NCBI GenBank assembly: GCA_950097015.1
Contig: CATNEN010000012.1
Coordinates: forward strand, 3,472,001-3,536,000
Source: Macrostomum hystrix
Lineage: Eukaryota > Animalia > Platyhelminthes
DNA: 64,000 bases
Direction: 5' to 3'
Shown here: one piece after another, positions 13,241 through 24,200 of the stretch
How positions within the stretch are numbered: position 1 is the stretch's first letter
Layout: every line of letters begins with the position of its first letter
Made by a program: the position numbers and the translations under genes
The notes under the pieces: model-generated
What the model was told of the DNA's origin: nothing
What the model saw: only the letters and a program-made list of their open reading frames with translations
Databases searched by the model: none

Positions 13241-13977
13241 GATGCAGCCCGCACATTGCTAGAAAAGCATTTTGCAGCTCAGAAGTCATGCGGCATTGCA
13301 CTCAATACCAGCAGCCACCCGATCGCTTTACTGTTTGCTGTAACATTCTAGAAGTAAACTTTATTCCATACTCGACATTCGTTAAAAAAATAGTACACAT
13401 ACTAGTTGGTGTCCTTCACACGATAGTCAGAATCGAATAATTACACGAATTTGTACTTACAAGTGCATTTGGTATCTTGTATTCTCGTGAGTTGGCCTGT
13501 GTCATTATAAAATTGGATAAAAATGTATAAATTTATGTATTTTTCGCTCTTCAGTATGTTTTAAACGCCAAGAACTGCACAGTTAAGAATTAATTTAGCA
13601 GCATAACTACGGAAAGGGCATTGCAATTATGGCAATAATTAAGTTCTCTCAGACCAGCCTGGTGTCCCCCTGTCTGAACTTCAAAAATGAGCAGTATTTC
13701 AGATGCAGCTCAAGTCTTTGAGTTCAATCGACTCGCGTTCCTCAACCATCAATCAATCCGTTTTCCTAATTTTTGGTCGAAGTCTGGGCCAAAAAAATTC
13801 ACGGATTTCACCATGTAGGAAATTTTTTCGAATCGAGAATTATGTAGGGAGAACTCCTATTTTAGTCTTCGACAGAATCTCGTTCGCATTGAATTATGAA
13901 TGATACAGAGCGAACTTCGGGTGTCCGGATGTCATGATAAACTTCTATGTTTTTGACGTATGTTTTAATATTTAAAA

Positions 13978-14240
13978 CCGGCGACGCGATTGTCTCTCGC
14001 GCCAAGGTCCCTGAGCTCGATTCCGCGGCGAGGCCACATTCATTGGGAGAGAAGGCTTGGGGGCTAGGGCAATTTACGCCATTGAGGGCCAACCTCCAAG
14101 GCACGATGATAAAGTCAGGGCAGATGTATTCACCTGTGTGAGCGTATGCCTGCGTACGGTATCTGTGTGCCTGTGTGCTCAGGAGTCAGCGGAATGGGCA
14201 GAACTGCCTCCTCGCTGGCTGCGGGTCTAGTGTCCCCACA
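13978..14240 (+). mobile_element. SINE family 1 (tRNA-derived), partial copy
   Basis: Shares TCTCGC.CCAAGGTCCCTGAGCTCGATTCCGCGGCGAGGCCACATT...TGCTCAGGAGTCAGC...CTGCGGGTCTAGTG with the copies at 29645, 42584 and 60105. Confidence 0.85.
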
Positions 14241-14929
14241 ACCCTCTCTTAAAATATTTTTTTAAGTTTTTGAAGTTTTAGAAACCTAAAAAATGAGTTC
14301 GAATCTGAACTTCAGGACGACACTTTCAATTTGCTTCAGTTCAACCAACTGTGGGCTTGCAACATGCTTCTCTGCCGACTATAAGTAGTGTCACAAGTGT
14401 CGCGACGAAGCTATACTCGTTTCAGCTCTAGCAGCATTGAAAGCCAGTCAAGGTTATTTGGTGAAAATGCCAAACAACAGCACAATTCTCTCACTCTCGT
14501 GTCCAGAACAGGCATTTTTACGCTTAGACCATTTTTGGCAGTTTTTGCTAACTTTGATTGTTTATGCGAGGGATTATTTTGGTTGACTGCGATGGCTTAG
14601 CGGTACATCCTGCACTTTATTGAATCGTAGGGGAGTTATATATCATTTAGGCCTAATCAATCAATGAAATACGTCAGATTCAATATAATCAAGGAGCCAC
14701 CAGTTTCGACTCTTGTGTATAACGGTTTTACGAATTCTATGGTTTACTTTTACACTGTTTAGTAAACAAAGGGCCGATTGGGCTACTATAAACTTGGCGA
14801 AGGGAGAGAAGGGGATCGAGCTAATCAGGGAATTGGGAAAAATTGAGAATAGTGGATTCGAAGAATAAAGAGGCAGAATAGGGAATGGGAGAAAGGGGAA
14901 TTGGGAGAATGAGGATTTGGAGAGTACGC

Positions 14930-15810
14930 AATCCAGAGAATAGACAGATGAGAGAATGGGCAGTTCAGAGAATAGACAGATGAGAGAATAGGCAGATCAG
15001 AGAATAGGCAGTTCAGAGAATAGACAGTTCAGAGAATAGGCAGTTCAGAGAATAGGCAGATGAGAGAATAGACAGTTCAGAGAATAGGCAGTTCAGAGAA
15101 TAGACAGATGAGAGAATAGGCAGTTCAGAGAATAGGCAGTTCAGAGAATAGACAGATGAGAGAATAGGCAGTTCAGAGAATAGGCAGTTCAGAGAATAGA
15201 CAGATGAGAGAATAGGCAGTTCAGAGAATAGGCAGTTCAGAGAATAGACAGATGAGAGAATAGGCAGTTCAGAGAATAGGCAGTTCAGAGAATAGGCAGA
15301 TCAGAGAATAGGCATTTCAGAGAATAGGCAGATCAGAGAATAGGCAGTTCAGAGAATAGACAGATCAGAGAATAGGCAGATCAGAGAATAGGCAGATCAG
15401 AGAATAGGCAGTTCAGAGAATAGGCAGTTCAGAGAATAGGCAGATCAGAGAATAGGCAGTTCAGAGAATAGGCAGTTCAGAGAATAGACAGTTCAGAGAA
15501 TAGGCAGTTCAGAGAATAGACAGATCAGAGAATAGGCAGTTCAGAGAATAGGCAGATCAGAGAATAGGCAGTTCAGAGAATAGGCAGATGAGAGAATAGA
15601 CAGTTCAGAGAATAGGCAGATCAGAGAATAGGCAGATCAGAGAATAGGCAGTTCAGAGAATAGGCAGTTCAGAGAATAGGCAGTTCAGAGAAAAGACAGA
15701 TCAGAGAATAGACAGATCAGAGAATAGACAGATCAGAGAATAGACAGATCAGAGAATAGACAGATCAGAGAATAGACAGATCAGAGAATAGACAGATCAG
15801 AGAATAGACA
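14930..15810. repeat. 16-bp minisatellite (AGAGAATAGGCAGTTC and variants)
   Basis: Period 16, about 55 copies. Confidence 0.95.
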
Positions 15811-16104
15811 TATCAGATAATATTGTATTCTGAAGATATCGGCTTTTAAATCCATTTACGAAAACGGGCCATGATATTCGACTTCAGTAGAAATTTATAT
15901 GTCTGTCAGTTTTCAGTTTTAATTTCGTTAATTTAGAAAAACTAGCAAATCCAATACTCTATGAAATTTTCAAATAATTACTAGCACTTGAACAAGAGAC
16001 GGTCGTTATAATGATGTGTATTAAGTTGTCATCATATTTCCCAAAGCACAACTCATGATGCAGCATACGGTTTTTTGCCGCAAAGCGTTTTTTTAAATGG
16101 TTAA

Positions 16105-17914
16105 AATCGTTGACCACTCGCTCAAAAAACCTCTTCCATACCGAGACTTTTTACTGCACTCCGTGAAAATCCGTATGCTCAGCATGGCTGACCATAGAAT
16201 ATTTCATCCTTGGCCATCCAGAGTAACAGCGAGGAGGACAACGATGAGGCTGATGAGAATAGACCTGCTTGGAGGATCGTAAACGATGAAGCTGACGAAC
16301 GATCTGGAGTACTGCCTGAGTTTCTCGGGACATCTGGCGGTGCGAATGGCCCCAATGGTCGGGCTTGGGAGGAACTGCGAAGCTTCGAAGAGCGCAGAGA
16401 AACTGATAACCAGCCATTGCCGCCTGGTCTGGCTGATTGGAAAGACTGCTCAGCAGCTGAAATAAAAAGGACACTTGCCATCATTCGCTATATGGGAATT
16501 GTGCGAAAGCCTGAAATCCAGAGCTACTGGGCTACCAGCAGATTCCATGACAGCCAGTTGTTCCAAAGCGAAAGCTGCCTGTCACGGAACCGATTTCAGC
16601 AGATTCTTTCATATCTGAGGTTCTATGATTACCGCGATGCCGACGCTACAGATCATCACAAAGAGGAACTAGTTCATCACAAAGGCAGACTGGCATTTAA
16701 GCAGTATATCCCGACCAAGCGTGCTAGGTATGGTATAAAGACCTACTGCCTGTGTGACTCGAAAACCGGCTACCTGTGGAATGTCCTAGTCCACTCAACA
16801 TCTGAAGAAAACAACAAATTCGGCTCAGAGTTCAGTGGCCACAGTCTGTCCATTAGCGAGCGCATCGTCGCTGAGCTTTCCAAAGACGATCGATCTGTTC
16901 GATCTTGGTCATCGAATATTCGTTGACAGCTTTTTCTGTTCATATCGCTTAGCAATGTTCCTCCTTGAGCACAACACTCTGCTGACTGGAACCATTCGCT
17001 GCAACCGAGGCATCCCGCCGGAGCTCCTCCAACTGCCAACACCGGCTCCATCACATCGCTACATGCGTAGCGGCGATGTCCTGGCTGTCAAAGTATCGGA
17101 CCGGAAGGCAAGCGGGGTTAAAACTCTGCACCTCATCGATACGTTCGGAACAGCAAAGAGCATTGAGCGTCAGCGAGTTCGAAAAGGAGGCCAGGTAGAA
17201 GTTATCCGCAAGCCAGTGACAGTGATTGATTACTCAAAGTCAATGGGCGGTGTCGACAGACTGGACTCTGCACTTCAGCCATACCATCCGACCAGGAAGA
17301 TGTACCGCTGGCACCAGAAGCTCGGCATTCTTTTCCTGCTGCAGCTGGCGCACAATTCGTGGATCATTTACCACCTGTCAGGCAGCACACGCAAGTTTTT
17401 GCAGTTTATGGAGCAGCTGGTTGTTGTCCTCATCGACAGCACTGGGCCAGGCAAGAAGCGGTGCTTTCGCCCTGCGCATGCAGCAGCTGGGCCTGCTGGC
17501 TTGCATCTTCCCTTCAAGCTGCGACGCCTGAAGCAAGCGGCTTATCAAAACGGCAGAAGCAAGCGTACTGTCTTCTGAATGATTTCAAGGTCTCTAGTCT
17601 GTTCCACGTCGCTCCATTCACAGTTTTCTTACTTTTGCAAGTAAATTAACCCAATCCGTATTTCACTGCTACTCTTCGTACGATTTTTCGCTGGAGGATT
17701 TACACCCATTCACTGTTCCGCATTACTTTGATTTTGTTACATCTACCGATGCAAGATATGATAGGTATTGCAAACAGAACAAACCAGGAATGACTTTTTC
17801 GCTTTTTAGACTTTCGATCACTGAGTGCTGCTTGTGCATGGGGCAGATGAACCGCAAGTGCCATAGACTATCGGCTGCCCAGAAAAGCCTGGCCGACCAT
17901 CGGATTCGAATGGG
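16105..17914 (+). mobile_element. piggyBac-family DNA transposon, defective
   Basis: Contains a transposase pseudo-ORF. The right end GAATGGG is followed by TTAA at 17915-17918. The left end is not resolved. Confidence 0.8.
16210..17578 (+). pseudogene. piggyBac (PGBD-like, DDE_Tnp_1_7) transposase, frameshifted and internally deleted
   Basis: Motifs: YMGIVRKPEIQSYW, SRNRFQQILSYLRF, KGRLAFKQYIPTKRARYGIK, GHRIFVDSFF, TGTIRCNRG, YSKSMGGVDRLD, RWHQKL. Frame switch near 16885-16900; the first catalytic Asp region is missing; no intact C-terminal Cys-rich domain. Confidence 0.88.
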
Positions 17915-18015
17915 TTAAAAGTGTAGACCGGACGGGATTGGTTGGCTAAAGAGTTTTGCATCTAGGATTTGCCTCGTAAGTCAGACTTGGGCCAAATCGT
18001 ACAGAACACAAGGAA

Positions 18016-18395
18016 ATGTTTATCGACTATCAGCTGCTTCTACTTCTGGCTATCGCCGTTGACGAGGCCTTCAGCAGCGTCGTCTGCGGCAGCGAAGGCG
18101 GCAGTGGACTGCGACTGTTTTTTGTAGCCCCAAGAAATCCTGGCTACTATGCTAGCTTGCCAACTCTGCTGCCAGCCTACCAGCTCGCTTGGAACTCGGT
18201 ACGACGGGTGTACTCTAGCCAACCTGCGCTGGCCTCGGCCAGAACCATCGTCATCTGCGAGGACGACAGGTGGGTCGACGCGGCTAGCAGTGCGGCTCCA
18301 GGTTGCAGTAGCAACGGATCCGATTTCAAATCGCAAGTCGATCCGTACTACCTCAGTTATAGAATGAGTCAGCACTTCCACAATGTTTCCACCGG
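18016..18395 (+). CDS. ANF-receptor-domain gene A (receptor guanylyl cyclase-like ectodomain), exon 1
   Basis: Signal-peptide-like N-terminus. LRLFFVAPRNPGYYASLPTLLPAYQLAWNSV resembles the start of NPR ectodomains. Donor GG|GTGAGC is phase 2. Confidence 0.7.
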
Positions 18396-18419
18396 GTGAG
18401 CACTTGCCGACTCCCACAT

Positions 18420-18737
18420 GCTCGTAGATAACTCTTACAAGCTGATGGCTAAATTTCACAAGCTAGTAGATAACTGTCACAAGCTAGTAGATAACTGTCA
18501 CAAGCTAGTAGATAACTGTCACAAGCTAGTAGATAACTGTCACAAGCTAGTAGATAACTGTCACAAGCTAGTAGATAACTGTCACAAGCTAGTAGATAAC
18601 TGTCACAAGCTAGTAGATAACTGTCACAAGCTAGTAGATAACTGTCACAAGCTCGTAGATAACTGTCACAAGCTAGTAGATAACTGTCACAAGCTCGTAG
18701 ATAACTGTCACAAGCTCGTAGATAACTGTCACAAGCT
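18420..18737. repeat. 21-bp minisatellite (GATAACTGTCACAAGCTAGTA), ~14 copies, in gene A intron 1
   Basis: Starts ~25 bp after the exon 1 donor; explains the LVDNCHK repeat ORF. Confidence 0.95.
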
Positions 18738-19370
18738 TGTTGTTTCGTATTAAAAGCTCGAGACCTTGTAATTGTTTTCTTTAACGAATAGTATAGTACC
18801 TTTTTTCAAGACTAGCAATAGGCGCACGTCCTGACGTTCTCATTTTGGCTTAAAGTGCTAAGTTTTTCTTAATCGGTAAATATACTTCGCCATAAAATTC
18901 GAGCTGCATGTTTTAAAAGTACATTTAGAAACTAACAATAAATAGGGGCAAACAAACGGATGGGCCGGCAGTCAGTTTTCGAGGCGAAATGAATAATGAG
19001 CACTGGGGTGATTTCTCCAAGCAATCACTCCAAAATGGCCTTCTTCCTCACTTAGTGAGTCACTAGAAAAAATCCTGGAATGCCATATAGCCTCAACAGC
19101 AAACAGCGGGAGCGAAACTGCAGGCTTGTGTCTTCTGTGCTCCCTATCTGATGAGGAAAGGCCTGCAGTGTCGACTTCTGGCAAATGAATCTTTGGCTGG
19201 AGTTGAGTTATGGAATCGGCCCTATCGATCGAGTATTTGAGGCTAGTTTTGAGCCAATGCATGGAACCCTCAATATATAGAACCTAAAGTGTTACATTAG
19301 AATGCTGAGTTATCTATTTACGCCCCACACATTTTATATCCGGAGCTTGTGTGTCTTCATCTTCGTTATA

Positions 19371-19667
19371 GAGGTTAGAGCCTAGTGTTTAGAGCGTCGG
19401 ACTCACGATTTGAAGGTCGGGGGTTCGATTCCCGACTCCACTGAAACAATTTGTGTCCTTTAGCAAGACACTTAACTCGATCTGCATTGCTTCAGTTCAC
19501 CCAGCTGTTAAATGGGTACTAGCGTCAGCTGGGATAATTGAAGGTGGGTGTGGCGTCCCCCCAGTCCATAGACTGAACAGCCGTACGCAGCCTTCAGATG
19601 CGCCGCGCATTAGCTGCGGCAGTGCTGTCGGCTGCTCATCTGACCCAATTGGGGCAGGTGTAATCAA
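19371..19667 (+). mobile_element. SINE family 2 (tRNA head + CORE/MIR-like domain) with 12-bp TSD
   Basis: A-box-like and B box GGTTCGATTCC; highly similar by eye to 52246-52552. Flanked by ATCTTCGTTATA at 19359-19370 and 19668-19679. Confidence 0.9.
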
Positions 19668-19987
19668 ATCTTCGTTATATTTAAAAGTTTACTGGTTTAT
19701 TCAAAATGTATCGACTTCAGCTACATTGCGTTGAAATTGCGGACAATAATAAACGTTTTCTGCATTAAAAAATACCAATTTCTAAATTTCTAAGACGTCT
19801 AGAAAAAAAGCTTAAACAGTTAGACCTAAAAGCTTGTATGTAAAAATTACACATCATCAAGCTGTACAGCCATTTGTACAGTCAGTGACAGCACTTCAGT
19901 GTACATCTGTTCAGTCCATGGACTGGAGAGGCCACAACGCCCACGCAATTGGTTGATTTAAACCAAACCCGAATCCTCGCGCTCCAG

Positions 19988-20301
19988 CCGCAGCTGCATC
20001 CACGCCATCTCCGGGCCGGTCATTGACTACTCAGTAACGCAGCTGCATCCACGCCATCTCCGGGCCGGCCATTGACTACTCAGTAACGCAGCTGCTCTCT
20101 CTCGCCTACCGCATCGGCCGCGTCCCCATCCTGACTGTTGGCGCGGTGCAAGACGTCTTTGCCAACAAGTCCGAGAACACTCTGGTGCGCCTGACTCCGC
20201 TGCACACTCACGACTTGACTGACATCATCGACAACTTCGTGATCGCCAACGGCTGGCGAAGGCTGGTGGTGGTTCACAAGCTGAGCATGTTGTGGAAATA
20301 G
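19988..20301 (+). pseudogene. ANF-receptor-domain gene A, exon 2 (contains a 49-bp duplication; no intact donor; gene appears truncated)
   Basis: CIHAISGPAIDYSVTQLLSLAYRIGRVPILTVGAVQDVFANKSENTLVRLTP...GWRRLVVV aligns by eye to the NPR GPxC..PL(L/I)TAG..TRxGP..W segment. A tandem duplication at 19989-20095 frameshifts it. It ends AAG|CTGAGC, then TAG at 20299. Confidence 0.7.
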
Positions 20302-21075
20302 CTGTTTGCTTAGATAAAACCGTCGAGTCATGCTGCAGTTCGCAGACCTTATATTTAAATAATATTGAACTGAGAGGGTGAGGAACAATGTACATATACT
20401 GGGGGGCAGGGGGTGTAGGCAGAGCAAAAAAACCAATAAGTCACCCACCCCACACGCGCAGGCATGGGGTACCAGAGTAAGAAACAAGTCTGAGGGTCGG
20501 ATTTTCGCAACACTCCCCCCAAAAGACGTTGTCTTTTGAGCAAGGTAAAAAATACCATAGACAAAGTGAAAAAAATGAAAGGAATGGAAAAATAAGCAGC
20601 ATGAATATTGAAACCCTAACCAAAATAGTGAGTTGCATTTTGCATGTATAAATATCAAAGAAAATGAGTATGCTTGCAGCTAACGATTAGCGTATAAGAA
20701 AAAAAACAAAGTTAAATAACTGAAGGATTGATTTCTACATTTATTTAAGTAAGTTTGTTCGCTGATTACTCTACTGAAAGAAAAATAATTTTAAATGAGT
20801 AGTACTTTACGAACATTCAACGTGTGTCGATTTTTTTGCAAAAAATGCAATTTTAAACCCGGCCCTTCATAAACAGAAAGAGAGGGAACCCGAAAAGAAA
20901 ATAGGAAAATAACTGGCCTACTAAAATCCCCTCCCGAATTCCCACACCGGAAGTGCCCCAGCTGCACGCTTGGACGAACCAAATCCTCATCCTAGACTGC
21001 ACTGGCGCAGCTTCCAGTCCAGCTCTATTCTTAATGAGGCTGCAGGATGCTGGACGCGGCTGAGTGGTCGAGATG

Positions 21076-21077
<2 letters not shown>

Positions 21078-21120
<43 letters not shown>
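21078..21120. repeat. (TG)n microsatellite
   Basis: About 21 TG dinucleotides. Confidence 0.95.
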
Positions 21121-21121
<1 letters not shown>

Positions 21122-21289
21122 TGCTCTGCGATAAAGCTCCCAAGCTTCCATTTTCTTTCAAAATACTGCTCAGTCTTCTGAGATCTGTTTTCGGTGCGTT
21201 TGTGCAACTTCCATCAAGCGTCACTTGATGTTGCAGATGTCTGCTTTTAATTCCGCCTTGAGATGCAGTTGCCAGACATCCAGACATTT

Positions 21290-24200
21290 CAGACACTCTC
21301 TAGAGACTCAACATACATTTCAGACATTCCCAGACATTCTAGAGACATTCCCAGACATTCTATAAACATCCCCACACATTCTATAACCATTCCCAGACAT
21401 TCTATAACCATCACCAGAAATTCTATATCCATTCCCCAGACATTCTATAAACATCCCCAGACATTCTATATCCATTCCCCAGACATTCTATATCCATTCC
21501 CCAGACATTCTATATCCATTCCCCAGACATTCTATATCCATTCCCCAGACATTCTATATCCATTCCCCAGACATTCTATATCCATTCCCCAGACATTCTA
21601 TATCCATTCCCCAGACATTCTATAAACATCCCCAGACATTCTATAAACATCCCCAGACATTCTATAAACATCCCAGACATTCTATAAACATCCACAGACA
21701 TTCTATAAACATCCCCAGACATTCTATAAACATCCCCAGACATTCTATAAACATTCCAGACATTCTATAAACATCCCCAGACATTCTATAAACATCCCCA
21801 GACATTCTATCAGCATCCCCAGACATTCTATAAACATTCCCCAGACATTCTATATCCATTCCCCAGACATTCTATAAACATCCCCAGACATTCTATAAAC
21901 ATCCCCAGACATTCTATAACCATCCCCAGAAATTCTATAACCATCCCCACACATTCTATAACCATCCCCAGACATTCTATATCCATTCCCCAGACATTCT
22001 ATAAACATCCCCAGACATTCTATAACCATCCCCAGACATTCTATATCCATTCCCCAGACATTCTATATCCATTCCCCAGACATTCTATATCCATTCCCCA
22101 GACATTCTATATCCATTCCCCAGACATTCTATAAACATCCCCAGACATTCTATATCCATTCCCCAGACATTCTATATCCATTCCCCAGACATTCTTTATC
22201 CATTCCCCAGACATTCTATTAACATCCCCAGACATTCTATAAACATCCCCAGACATTCTATAAACATCCCCACACATTCTATAAACATCCCCAGACATTC
22301 TATATCCATTCCCCAAACATTCTATATCCATTCCCCAGACATTCTATAACCATTCCCCAGACATTCTATATCCATTCCCCAGACATTCTATAAACATCCC
22401 CAGACATTCTATAAACATCCCCAGACATTCTATATCCATTCCCCAGACATTCTATAAACATCCCCAGACATTCTATAAACATCCCCAGACATTCTATAAA
22501 CATCCCCAGACATTCTATAAACATCCCCAGACATTCTATATCCATTCCCCAGACATTCTATATCCATTCCCCAGACATTCTATATCCATTCCCCAGACAT
22601 TCTATAAACATCCCCAGACATTCTATAAACATCCCAGACATTCTATAAACATCCCCAGACATTCTATAAACATCCCAGAAATTCTATTAACACCCCCACA
22701 CATTCTATAAACATCCCCAGACATTCTATAAACATCCCCAGACATTCTATAAACATCCCCACACATTCTATATCCATTCCCCAGACATTCTATAACCATT
22801 CCCCAGACATTCTATATCCATTCCCCAGACATTCTATAAACATCCCCAGACATTCTATAAACATCCCCAGACATTCTATAAACATCCCCAGACATTCTAT
22901 ATCCATTCCCCAGACATTCTATAAACATCCCCAGACATTCTATAAACATCCCCAGACATTCTATAAACATCCCCAGACATTCTATAAACATCCCCAGACA
23001 TTCTATATCCATTCCCCAGACATTCTATAAACATCCCCAGACATTCTATATCCATTCCGCAGACATTCTATATCCATTCCCCAGACATTCTATATCCATT
23101 CCCCAGACATTCTATATCCATTCCCCAGACATTCTATAAACATCCCCAGACATTCTATATCCATTCCCCAGACATTCTATATCCATTCCCCAGACATTCT
23201 ATATCCATTCCCCAGACATTCTATATCCATTCCCCAGACATTCTATATCCATTCCCCAGACATTCTATATCCATTCCCCAGACATTCTATAACCATTCCC
23301 CAGACATTCTATATCCATTCCCCAGACATTCTATATCCATTCCCCAGACATTCTATAAACATCCCCAGACATTCTATAAACATCCCCAGACATTCTATAA
23401 ACATCCCAGACATTCTATAAACATCCACAGACATTCTATAAACATCCCCAGACATTCTATAAACATCCCCAGACATTCTATAAACATTCCAGACATTCTA
23501 TAAACATCCCCAGACATTCTATAAACATCCCCAGACATTCTATCAGCATCCCCAGACATTCTATAAACATTCCCCAGACATTCTATATCCATTCCCCAGA
23601 CATTCTATAAACATCCCCAGACATTCTATAAACATCCCCAGACATTCTATAACCATCCCCAGAAATTCTATAACCATCCCCACACATTCTATAACCATCC
23701 CCAGACATTCTATATCCATTCCCCAGACATTCTATAAACATCCCCAGACATTCTATAACCATCCCCAGACATTCTATATCCATTCCCCAGACATTCTATA
23801 TCCATTCCCCAGACATTCTATATCCATTCCCCAGACATTCTATATCCATTCCCCAGACATTCTATAAACATCCCCAGACATTCTATAAACATCCCCAGAC
23901 ATTCTATAAACATCCCCAGACATTCTATAAACATCCCCAGAAATTCTATTAACATCCCCACACATTCTATAAACATCCCCAGACATTCTATAAACATCCC
24001 CACACATTCTATAAACATCCCCAGACATTCTATATCCATTCCCCAAACATTCTATATCCATTCCCCAGACATTCTATAAACATCCCCAGACATTCTATAA
24101 ACATCCCCAGACATTCTATAACCATCCCCAGAAATTCTATAACCATCCCCACACATTCTATAACCATCCCCAGACATTCTATATCCATTCCCCAGACATT

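Noticed and set aside
19148-19160. Hammerhead ribozyme (CTGATGAG...GAAA)
   Set aside because: No stem II between CUGAUGA and GAAA, and no valid NUH site. The CTGATGAG variant in the 45-bp array at 63030-64000 likewise lacks GAAA.
19371-19440. tRNA gene (also 52246-52320 and 42584-42650)
   Set aside because: The anticodon and acceptor stems pair poorly, and the heads continue into a shared SINE body with tail and TSD.
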